A stretch of 63,809 bases of DNA, the filler included, from Myxococcota bacterium (GTDB taxonomy: Bacteria; Myxococcota; Myxococcia; Myxococcales; Myxococcaceae): NCBI GenBank assembly GCA_049322255.1. It is 5 parts of 5 records of this genome, joined end to end, with 100 filler letters (N's around TTAATTAATTAA, not from the genome) between each part and the next. Parts side by side here need not be neighbours in the genome. Positions count along the whole stretch, not along the records: positions 41,354 to 54,962 come from JBMORE010000114.1; positions 55,063 to 63,809 come from JBMORE010000138.1; 3 more parts are not named here. One strand, given 5' to 3'. The notes under the pieces are model-generated. The model saw only the letters and a list, made by a program, of their open reading frames with translations, had not been told where the DNA came from and did not search any database. A program made the translations under genes and the position numbers. Below are positions 48,178 through 55,957 of the stretch, piece by piece (position 1 is the first letter of the stretch; every line of letters begins with the position of its first letter).

Positions 48178-49221
48178 ATGAGCGTTCGGCTCCTGGTCAA
48201 GCAGAAGACCGGCGGCGACGAGCCGGCCGAGGTGATCCTCGACGAGGGGGAGATCACCATTGGCCGCGACACGTCATGCCAGGTGGTGCTCGCCCAGCAA
48301 GCCGTCTCGCGCAACCACGCGCGCATCTCCCGCGACGGCACCTTGTTCTTCGTCGAGGACTTGGGCAGCGCCTACGGCACGCAGATCAACGGGCGCAAGC
48401 TGCCCAAGGGCGAAAAGCGTCTCTTGCGCAACGGCGATGTCATCGCCATCTCCATCTTCGACCTCACCTTTGACCGGGTGGCGGACGCTCCCAAGGGCGC
48501 GCAGGCGGGGGTGAGCAGCGCCTTGGTGGCGCGCCAGGTGGTCAAAGACGTGATGCGCGGGCTGGCCGCCGGCGGCGAGAGCCCCTACTTCCGCGTGATG
48601 AACGGCCCGCGAGAGGGTCAGCGCATCGAGGTCAGCGACGCGCAGGAGCTGGTGATCGGCCGCGACGAGACCGCTGACATCGTGCTCAAGGACGATTTGG
48701 TCTCCCGGCGGCACGCGAAAATTCGCCGCGATTGGTCGGGCACCCACGTCGAGGACCTCGAGTCGCGCAACGGCATCCGCGTCAACCGCAAGAGGGTGAC
48801 GCGCAAGACGCTCAAAGACCGCGACGAGCTGGCGGTCGGCGGTATCCGGCTGCTCTATTTAGACCCCACCGAGGTGCGCGAGGCGCCGGTGGTGCTGCCC
48901 GACGATGACGAGGCCACCCACCACGAGGAAGAGCCGACCATCGCTCCCGACCCTGAGCCCTCCGAGCCGGAAGCGCCCCCAGAGCAAGAGTCGCCACCGG
49001 AGCCAGAACCCGAGCCTGAACCGGAACCCGAACCCGAGCCGCCCCAGGCTGCCCCTGCCGAGACGGAAGAGCCTCCAGACGAAGCGGATGCGGCGCCAAA
49101 GAGCGCTGGACGTTTCCCCGCCCTGCTCGGGGACAAAAAGGCCCTCATTCCCCTGGTGGCGCTGGGTGTTTTCGCCCTGCTCGCCCTGGCCTTGGTGATC
49201 GCCGTGCTCGTCGGCGCGTAG
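48178..49221 (+). CDS. double FHA-domain protein with Pro/Glu linker and C-terminal TM anchor
   Basis: IGRD...VSRNHA...DLGSAYGT and IGRD...VSRRHA...DLESRNG; (EP)n; hydrophobic C-terminus. Confidence 0.92.
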   Translation: MSVRLLVKQKTGGDEPAEVILDEGEITIGRDTSCQVVLAQQAVSRNHARISRDGTLFFVEDLGSAYGTQINGRKLPKGEKRLLRNGDVIAISIFDLTFDRVADAPKGAQAGVSSALVARQVVKDVMRGLAAGGESPYFRVMNGPREGQRIEVSDAQELVIGRDETADIVLKDDLVSRRHAKIRRDWSGTHVEDLESRNGIRVNRKRVTRKTLKDRDELAVGGIRLLYLDPTEVREAPVVLPDDDEATHHEEEPTIAPDPEPSEPEAPPEQESPPEPEPEPEPEPEPEPPQAAPAETEEPPDEADAAPKSAGRFPALLGDKKALIPLVALGVFALLALALVIAVLVGA

Positions 49222-49234
49222 GCGCGTAGGCGCG

Positions 49235-49267
49235 CCCCTCACCCTACCCTCTCCCAGAGGGAGAGGG
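49235..49267. repeat. REP-like palindrome, copy 2
   Basis: CCCCTCACCCTACCCTCTCCCAGAGGGAGAGGG between convergent genes. Confidence 0.85.
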
Positions 49268-49269
49268 AT

Positions 49270-51405
49270 TCAGCGGGTGCTGATGCGAGCCACCGGCTGA
49301 ATGTTCAAGTCGGGCGAGAGCTCCTGGTAGCTCACGACCGAGAAGGGCGGGTTGAACTCGTACTCCAAGAGCTTCCGCACGTAGCGACGAATGTCCATCG
49401 CGGTGAGAATGACGGGACGCTGGGCGGTGGGGGGCAGGTGCCCGCACTCGTTCTTCACCGCCTGAACGATTTCTTGAGCGATGTCCGGCTCGAGCGCCAG
49501 GTGCGTGCCCGAGGAGGTGCGCTTGATCGAGCTGCGAATCGCCTCTTCGATTTGTGGGTCGAGCAGATAGACCACCAAGGTGTTGGTGCCCCGCGCGTAC
49601 TTGTAGGAGACGTAGCGCTTGAGGGCCGCGCGCACGTGCTCGGTGAGCATCACGTTGTCCGCCTCGACCAAACCGTACTCGGCGAGGGCCTGCAGCACCC
49701 CGCGCAGGTCGCGAATGGAGATTTCCTCCTCCACCAAGCGCCCCAGAATGTCGGTGAGCTTGAGCACGCTCACCACCTTGGGAATGACCTCTTTCACCGC
49801 GGCAGGGAAGGCCTTGTCGAGCTGGTCGAGCATCGACTGTGTCTCTTGCACGCCGACGAACTCGCGCGCGTTGCGCCGCAAGACCGCCGCCAGGTGGAGG
49901 ATGATGAAGCCCGGCACGTCCCAGGTGGTCAGCCCCGCCGCCTCGAGCATCTCCTTGTGCTGCTCGGGCACCCACGCCGCCGGCTGCCTTGTGGCCGGGT
50001 TCACCGCCTCGAACCCTTGCACGTTCATCAGCTTGAGGCGGTCGACCGTGTCGTTGACCAGGATGTGCCCCAGCGTCGCCTGCCCGGTCACCACCGGCAC
50101 TTCGTTGATTTGAATCTGGTACGCCCCGGGGGGCAGCCCCGGGTTACCGCGCGCCCGCACGCCGGGGAAGCGCACCCCCAGCTCGACGAACAAGCCGTCG
50201 CGCATGAAGGGAATGAGCTCGAAAAGAAAGCGGCCGCCGTCCTGCCGCGAGTCTACGTAGGACACCAGCGCGTCGGACACCTCGAGGACGATCGGCGTCA
50301 CCACGGGGATGAAGAGCTCGGAGTCGGGGTTGATCGGCTCTTTGGGGCCTGGCTCCACCGCCGCCGGAGCGCCCGCCTCGCCGCCCTCGCCCTCGGCGCT
50401 CTCCTCCAGCTCGCCGCTCTCCAGCCTCTTCTGCTTGCGGAGCATCATGTAGCCGCCGGTGCCGGCGGCCCCGCCCAAGAGGATGAAGGGCACCGTGGGC
50501 AGCCCGGGGATGAGCCCCAGCACCACCAACATGCCGGCCGCGATGGCGATCGCCTTGGGGTAGGCGGTCAATTGGGTGCCCACGTCCTTGCCCAGGTGGG
50601 CGCCCTCCTCCTCGCCACCTACGCGGGTGACGATGATGCCCGCCGCGGTGGAGATGAGCAGCGCGGGAATCATTCCCACCAGGCCGTCACCGATGGTGAG
50701 CAGGGTGTACTTCTTCGCCGCGTCGGCGACCGCCATGTTCTTCTGCATCACGCCGATCACCAACCCGCCCACGATGTTCACCACGGTGATGATGATGCCG
50801 GCGATGGCGTCACCCTTGACGAACTTCATCGCGCCGTCCATCGCTCCGAACAGCTGGCTCTCGCGCTCCAAGTCGCGACGCTTGCGCTTGCCCTCCTCCA
50901 TGTCGATGGCGCCCGCGCGCAGATCAGCGTCGATCGACATCTGCTTGCCGGGCATCGCGTCCAAGGTGAAGCGGGCGGCCACCTCGGCCACGCGTTCGCT
51001 GCCCTTGGAGATGACGATGAAGTTCACCACCACCAAGATGACGAAGATCACCGTGCCCACCACGTAGTTGCCCTGCACCACGAAGTTGCCGAAGGCCACC
51101 ACCACCTCACCCGGGTCGCCGGTCAAAAGAATGAGCCGGGTGGTGGAGATGGTGAGCGACAGCCGGTACATCGTGGTGATGAGCAAGAGGGTGGGAAAAA
51201 CCGACAACCGCAGCGCCTGCGGCACGTACAGCGAGATGAGCAAAATGATGACCGAGAGGCTGATGTTCAGTGTCAGCAACAGGTCCATCAGGACCGTCGG
51301 CAGCGGGACGATCATCATCCCGACGATCGCCACCACCAGAATCGCCAGGACGATGTCCGAGTAGCGGTTGATGAAGGAGCCGCCGGCAGCCATGGAGCGA
51401 GTCAT
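49270..51405 (-). CDS. sctV: type III secretion export gate protein SctV (FlhA/LcrD family)
   Basis: KGSERVAEVAARFTLDAMPGKQMSIDADL, FGAMDGAMKFVKGDAIAG, SIRDLR, VVSYQEL. Confidence 0.95.
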   Translation of the reverse strand: MTRSMAAGGSFINRYSDIVLAILVVAIVGMMIVPLPTVLMDLLLTLNISLSVIILLISLYVPQALRLSVFPTLLLITTMYRLSLTISTTRLILLTGDPGEVVVAFGNFVVQGNYVVGTVIFVILVVVNFIVISKGSERVAEVAARFTLDAMPGKQMSIDADLRAGAIDMEEGKRKRRDLERESQLFGAMDGAMKFVKGDAIAGIIITVVNIVGGLVIGVMQKNMAVADAAKKYTLLTIGDGLVGMIPALLISTAAGIIVTRVGGEEEGAHLGKDVGTQLTAYPKAIAIAAGMLVVLGLIPGLPTVPFILLGGAAGTGGYMMLRKQKRLESGELEESAEGEGGEAGAPAAVEPGPKEPINPDSELFIPVVTPIVLEVSDALVSYVDSRQDGGRFLFELIPFMRDGLFVELGVRFPGVRARGNPGLPPGAYQIQINEVPVVTGQATLGHILVNDTVDRLKLMNVQGFEAVNPATRQPAAWVPEQHKEMLEAAGLTTWDVPGFIILHLAAVLRRNAREFVGVQETQSMLDQLDKAFPAAVKEVIPKVVSVLKLTDILGRLVEEEISIRDLRGVLQALAEYGLVEADNVMLTEHVRAALKRYVSYKYARGTNTLVVYLLDPQIEEAIRSSIKRTSSGTHLALEPDIAQEIVQAVKNECGHLPPTAQRPVILTAMDIRRYVRKLLEYEFNPPFSVVSYQELSPDLNIQPVARISTR

Positions 51406-51423
51406 CCTAGCTGAAGACCTGGG

Positions 51424-52086
51424 CTAGCGCCGCTTCAGCACCTCTTGGGCCATCACCATCAGCCGGCGGGCGCGCTCCACGAAGGGGTCGTCGCCCAGCC
51501 CCAGCTCGATGGCTCGGCTCAAATCCTCGAGCGCCGGCTTCACCTTGCCGCGGTTGAGCCGAATCTCTCCTCGGTACACCAGGGCCGCCAGGTCGCTGCG
51601 GTCGACTTGCAGGGCGGCCTCGAAGAGCGCCAGGGCGCGCTCTTGGTCGTCGAGCGCCAAGTAGATGGTCCCCAGCATGGTGTGGGGAAATGCGTCTTTC
51701 ACGCCCAGTCCCACCAGGCCCTCGAAGACCACCCGTGCTTCGTCGAGGCGCCCCATCTCGAAGAGCTGGTGGCCCAAGAGCGACATCTCGGCCACCTGGG
51801 TCGGGGTCAATTCCCGCCCCCGTGGCTTGGCGGCCTTGCCGTCTTTCTTCCCCTTCTTCTTTCCGCCCTTTCTCGGCTTGGGCGATGGAGAGGCCGACGG
51901 CGGCGAAGCTTCGGGGACGGCCGGCACTCCGAGTGGATCGGTGACGCGCTCGGCCTCGTTCGTATCCAGACGGAACTCGGGAAGGGTGAGCGTCTGCGAG
52001 CGGGCCAACACCGCCTTCGCACGCTTGGGGAAGTAGAAGACCGGTACGCGAGCTGCTTTCTTGCCGACCGGGTCGTCGATCGCCAT
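51424..52086 (-). CDS. TPR protein, SycD/LcrH-like class II chaperone
   Basis: GHQLFEMGRLDEARVVFEGL...LGTIYL...RGEIRL; T3SS context. Confidence 0.75.
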   Translation of the reverse strand: MAIDDPVGKKAARVPVFYFPKRAKAVLARSQTLTLPEFRLDTNEAERVTDPLGVPAVPEASPPSASPSPKPRKGGKKKGKKDGKAAKPRGRELTPTQVAEMSLLGHQLFEMGRLDEARVVFEGLVGLGVKDAFPHTMLGTIYLALDDQERALALFEAALQVDRSDLAALVYRGEIRLNRGKVKPALEDLSRAIELGLGDDPFVERARRLMVMAQEVLKRR

Positions 52087-52104
52087 GTCCGGCCTAACGG
52101 GCCG

Positions 52105-52725
52105 CTACTTCTTTTTGCCAGCGGCCTTGGCTCCACCCTTAGAGGCCGGCTTCTTGGCCTTCCCCTGGTTCTTCGCCTGCTCCTCCGCCGCCTCGAGGGT
52201 TTCGAGGGCCGCCGCCGCGAGAATGCGCGCCCGCTGGGTCAAGGGGTCTTTGTTCTCAGGGTCCAATTCGACCGCCTTCTTGAAATCCTGCGCGGCTTCG
52301 AGAATTTTTCCCTGGCGCAAGAAGACTTCCCCGCGGTTCACGTAGGAGGCGATCTCCTTGTCGTCCAGCTCGATGGCGGCATTGAAGCAACGCTCGGCCA
52401 TCTCTAGATCCTCCAGCATCAGGTGCACCGCGCCCAAAGCCGTGAGGTAGTAGGCCTCCTTGGGGTCGAGGGCGTTGAGCCCTTCGAAGACGACCTTCGC
52501 GTCGTTGAACATGCCGTGCTGGAACATCGAAAAGCCAGCCTTGGCGAGCTCGAGCATCTCCGGCCCGGAGACCGCGTGCAGCTCTTGGAGAGTCATCTCC
52601 CCCCGCACCCACTTCTCGATCCGCTTTGGATCGTAGAGCACCTTCTCCCAACCGGGAGTGGGCTGTTCCGTCTTGCCAGAGGCAGGGTCCTTCCCGGGAA
52701 CCACCGGATTCGAATCTTTGGCCAT
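52105..52725 (-). CDS. SycD/LcrH-like class II T3SS chaperone
   Basis: TLQELHAVS..E...GFSMFQHG...AKVVFEGLNALDP.EAYY..ALGA. Confidence 0.82.
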   Translation of the reverse strand: MAKDSNPVVPGKDPASGKTEQPTPGWEKVLYDPKRIEKWVRGEMTLQELHAVSGPEMLELAKAGFSMFQHGMFNDAKVVFEGLNALDPKEAYYLTALGAVHLMLEDLEMAERCFNAAIELDDKEIASYVNRGEVFLRQGKILEAAQDFKKAVELDPENKDPLTQRARILAAAALETLEAAEEQAKNQGKAKKPASKGGAKAAGKKK

Positions 52726-52745
52726 GACGCCTCTTCAAGAAGGAA

Positions 52746-52779
52746 GAAAAAAGGGTGCCTCCCTCGTGGAAGGCACCCT
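52746..52779 (-). terminator. Rho-independent terminator downstream of the 52823-53602 gene
   Basis: Minus strand AGGGTGCCTTCC-ACGA-GGGAGGCACCCT followed by a T run. Confidence 0.82.
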
Positions 52780-52822
52780 GGTTTTTACTCTGCGAATTCC
52801 AGTGTGTAAAGCAACCGAAACG

Positions 52823-53602
52823 TTAGCCGCGGGTGTTGCGGATGATGGCCATCTTCGCTTCGTGGTCCATCATCATGAGGTTGGTGAACAGGGTGAGCAT
52901 CTGGTTGTAGCGCTGCTGGGACCTCTGCAACCGCATCATGGCCTGGTCCTCCGGCTTGAGCTTATTGAAGTCATCCAACTCCTGGCCGGTGAAGAGCGGC
53001 GCGTTGAGGACTTGGTTGAACACGCTGTTCCCGGGCAATGCCTGGCTGTTGACGACCTGCGCCGCCGACGCGCTGCCGACCGCGTAACCCTGCATGCTCC
53101 CGGGGAGGGTCGAAATAGGGTTCACCGGAGCCCCCACGATCGGGCCGTAGGCGACCGGCGGTGGATACCCATAAACCCCTTGGCCCATCCCGTTGTAGAT
53201 CTGCTGGCCGTACTGCGCACCGAACGGCAACCGGTCGTAGAACCCGGGAACCGTCAGCGGGTAGCCGTTACGGTCCAACACCTGATCGACGGTGTGAACC
53301 CCGCGAAGCCGGTCGGCGACGCCCTGCAGGGCATTCGACATTCCCTGCAGAGTGTTGCCCAACCCCCCGAGCAGCTTGTTCCCCAGCACAGCCACGGGGT
53401 TCCTCATGTACTCGCCGAAAACCCCGGTCCGCTGCAGGAGATTGGGGCTGGCGTTCGGAATGAAGGACGAGCCGCCTCCAAAGCCGACCACGCCCTTGAG
53501 CACCGACTTGGCCAAACCCAAGGCCGCGCCGGTCGCCACCACCGGAATCGAGAACTTCACTACCTTCTTCGCAATCTTTCCAATCGAGCCTAGAAATCCC
53601 AT
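52823..53602 (-). CDS. putative T3SS-secreted protein with needle/rod-like C-terminal helix
   Basis: GGAGG RBS; C-terminus LQRSQQRYNQMLTLFTNLMMMDHEAKMAIIRNTRG; lies between chaperone genes. Confidence 0.7.
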   Translation of the reverse strand: MGFLGSIGKIAKKVVKFSIPVVATGAALGLAKSVLKGVVGFGGGSSFIPNASPNLLQRTGVFGEYMRNPVAVLGNKLLGGLGNTLQGMSNALQGVADRLRGVHTVDQVLDRNGYPLTVPGFYDRLPFGAQYGQQIYNGMGQGVYGYPPPVAYGPIVGAPVNPISTLPGSMQGYAVGSASAAQVVNSQALPGNSVFNQVLNAPLFTGQELDDFNKLKPEDQAMMRLQRSQQRYNQMLTLFTNLMMMDHEAKMAIIRNTRG

Positions 53603-53691
53603 TGTCGTAACCTCCGTGTGTGTGAGGAGAGCCGCTCCCCACTTGCTAAGAAAATTATCGGGGCACCCTCGCTCCGGTTGCTTCCTGGCGC

Positions 53692-54159
53692 CTACCTCCG
53701 GGAAAGCGCGGCTAACATCGCAGAAATCTTAGGTTTTTGTACATCGTCCGACCGAGCCAGCTGGGCTGCCTGCCGTAAGTCCTCCAGCGCTTGGGCTTTT
53801 TGACCCATGGCCACCTTCACCTCGGCGCGGCCAACATAGGCCGAGGTGTCTTTGGGCGCCAACTTGACCGCCACGTCGTACGCCGCCAGCGCCCCTTGCC
53901 CGTTGCCCGCGGCGAGCTCGACGACTCCCAGTGCCTTGGCAAAGTACGGATCGAGCGGATTGACCGCGTACAGCCCCTGGAAGAGGGTGCGCGCCTCTTG
54001 GACGCGCCCTTGGTAGAAGTAGAAGTAAGCGGTACGGGCGACGGCGTACAGCTCCTCGTCGGAGTAGCCGCGCACGTCCTTGAGCGTGGCTTTGCCGTCG
54101 GCCCACCTCTGCAGGAGGGCCAAAAGCTTGGCGTCCTTGGGAGGCTCGGGGGCAGGCAT
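53692..54159 (-). CDS. SycD/LcrH-like class II T3SS chaperone
   Basis: TLKDVRGYSDEELYAV...YYQGRVQEARTLFQGLYAVNP.D.YF..ALG. Confidence 0.85.
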   Translation of the reverse strand: MPAPEPPKDAKLLALLQRWADGKATLKDVRGYSDEELYAVARTAYFYFYQGRVQEARTLFQGLYAVNPLDPYFAKALGVVELAAGNGQGALAAYDVAVKLAPKDTSAYVGRAEVKVAMGQKAQALEDLRQAAQLARSDDVQKPKISAMLAALSRR

Positions 54160-54635
54160 CAGTAACCTTCGGAGCTTTGTTCCTCGCGCATGCGGCGCAC
54201 AATCTCCTCCACCTCTTGGCGCAGCTGACCCACCAGCTGGAGCATCTGCGCCTCCCGCCCAAGCAGCGCTTTGAGCCGCTCCACGCGGTCGGCCGGCGCG
54301 TTGACCCTGGCCAGACTTCGCTCGAGCGCACGGCGGTCTTCGGGGTCACTGCGCTCGGCCACCGAGGCCAGGTGGGGCCGATCGGTGAAGCCCTCCAAGT
54401 CGGCGTCGTGGCCTTCGGGGTGGGGAGGCATGGGCAAGCGCAGCTCCTCGGAGGAGTGCGCCGGACCGATGAAGTCGAGCAGCGCCGCCGAGGCGAGCGC
54501 GGGGTTCTTGGGGTCGCCCTTGCCCGCCTTCTTCTTGCGCTCGAGCTGGGCGGGGTCGACCAGCTTCTCGCGAACGCTTCGGGGGCCTCCCCAGGGCCAC
54601 ATCGGTGCGGGGGGCTGTTGGTTGATTTTCGCCAT
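54159..54635 (-). CDS. hypothetical protein in T3SS operon (coiled C-terminus)
   Basis: 158 aa, stop overlaps the chaperone start. Confidence 0.75.
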   Translation of the reverse strand: MAKINQQPPAPMWPWGGPRSVREKLVDPAQLERKKKAGKGDPKNPALASAALLDFIGPAHSSEELRLPMPPHPEGHDADLEGFTDRPHLASVAERSDPEDRRALERSLARVNAPADRVERLKALLGREAQMLQLVGQLRQEVEEIVRRMREEQSSEGY

Positions 54636-54656
54636 GCGCGACCAAGCACTATATCG

Positions 54657-54932
54657 CTACTTTTTGCCGACCTGCTCCTGCTGGAGCGCGTAGACGAAGT
54701 TCAAGACCTCGGCCACCGCGTCGTAGAGCTCTTCGGGAATCTCCTGCCCGACCTCCACTCGGTAGAGGGCGTTGGCCAGGCCGACGTTGCGCATCACGGG
54801 TACCCCGGCCTGTTTGGCCAGCTCGCGGATTTTTTCCGCCCGAAGGCGCATGCCCTTGGCGATCACCCGCGGGGCGCCGTCCTTTTCCTTGTCGTACTTG
54901 AGGGCGATCGCCAGGTCGGTGTCGTCAACCAT
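54657..54932 (-). CDS. standalone FlhB/SctU C-terminal domain protein
   Basis: AIALKYD....APRVIAKG...AEKI...A...GVP...LA..L...GQEIPEELYDAVAEVL; upstream is a REP then a gap. Confidence 0.85.
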   Translation of the reverse strand: MVDDTDLAIALKYDKEKDGAPRVIAKGMRLRAEKIRELAKQAGVPVMRNVGLANALYRVEVGQEIPEELYDAVAEVLNFVYALQQEQVGKK

Positions 54933-54934
54933 TG

Positions 54935-54962
54935 CCCCTCACCCTAACCCTCTCCCAGAGGG
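54935..54962. repeat. REP-like palindrome, copy 3 (cut by gap)
   Basis: CCCCTCACCCTAACCCTCTCCCAGAGGG. Confidence 0.85.
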
Positions 54963-55062
54963 NNNNNNNNNNNNNNNNNNNNNNNNNNNNNNNNNNNNNN
55001 NNNNNNTTAATTAATTAANNNNNNNNNNNNNNNNNNNNNNNNNNNNNNNNNNNNNNNNNNNN
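54963..55062. other. assembly spacer (Ns with TTAATTAATTAA linker)
   Basis: N run with linker at 55007-55018. Confidence 0.98.
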
Positions 55063-55083
55063 CCCACGGGGAGAGGGGTTGAG
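55063..55083. repeat. REP-like palindrome, copy 4 (partial)
   Basis: CCCACGGGGAGAGGGGTTGAG at contig start. Confidence 0.6.
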
Positions 55084-55851
55084 CAGCAGGTCGAGGTTTT
55101 CCTCCTCCCACCGCCGTGCGCGGTCGAAGGCGGGAAAGCAACGCTCGTGGGCGACGAACTCCGGGGTGTGCACGCAGCGCCGCCCGTCGTCGCGCCGGCG
55201 TGCCCGGTGCACCTGGTGCAGCATCTCGTGGAAGACAATCCACTCCACGAAGAAGCGCGGCACCCTCGGCTGGTCGAGCGCGGGGTGAATACGAATGACC
55301 CGCGCGTCGGCCGAATACGAGCCCATCTTGATGCTCTTGCGCGGGCGACGGGAAGGCGGCGGCGAGGGTCCGTAGGTGATGGTGGCCCGCACCCGGTTCT
55401 GGAAGAAGCGCCGGTTGAGCCGCTCGAAGATGCGCCCCAAGTCGTGGTGGGCGCCCTTGGGGGCGATGCGCAGCCGCCGCTGCAGTTGTTCCGGTGGCAG
55501 CCGGCGAATGTAGACCCGGTTGCGCTCGATGAAGCGGTCGAGCATCGCCGAGCTCTCGGAGTCTCCGAAACGCACATAGCGCACCAGCGAGCCGAGCACC
55601 GGCTCGGGCGCGGCCAGGAACATGTGGTGCAACCGCAGCCGCCAGCCTGCCCGGCTCCTTTGGTAGGTCACCATGGTGTGGGTGTTGTCGTGGATTTCCA
55701 CCACCACCGAGGCCTGCATCCGTCTGCGCAGCCGCTGCGCCAGCACCCTTCGCCAGATGCGAAGCAAATCATGCGGATCGGGGCTTCCCACGGGGCGACT
55801 CATCCGCGGCGCCACGTATTTCCGCCTTCTGGCTGGCCCGGTCGGCTTCAT
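55063..55851 (-). CDS. SprT-like zinc metallopeptidase (stop in gap, start uncertain)
   Basis: IRIHPALD...WIVFHEMLH (HExxH)...HTPEF. Confidence 0.85.
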
Positions 55852-55957
55852 GACGGCCAGCTGTGGATTCTAGAAGCCCGCTGCCGACGTTGTAAATCAG
55901 ACGTCTACCCACATTCCCATTCAGAATCAGCCACTTAGCCCTTGGTCGGCTGTTCGC

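Noticed and set aside
49270..51405. Flagellar flhA call
   Set aside because: Context of SycD-like chaperones and no flagellar genes favours non-flagellar sctV
49438..51414. 658-aa plus-strand ORF and similar long antisense ORFs (e.g. 3200-5089, 22433-23665, 42722-44074)
   Set aside because: Typical stop-poor shadow frames of high-GC genes, with no motifs
13711..55062. Recurrent TTAATTAATTAA flanked by Ns
   Set aside because: Artificial contig linker with stops in all frames; ORFs spanning or ending in it are artefacts
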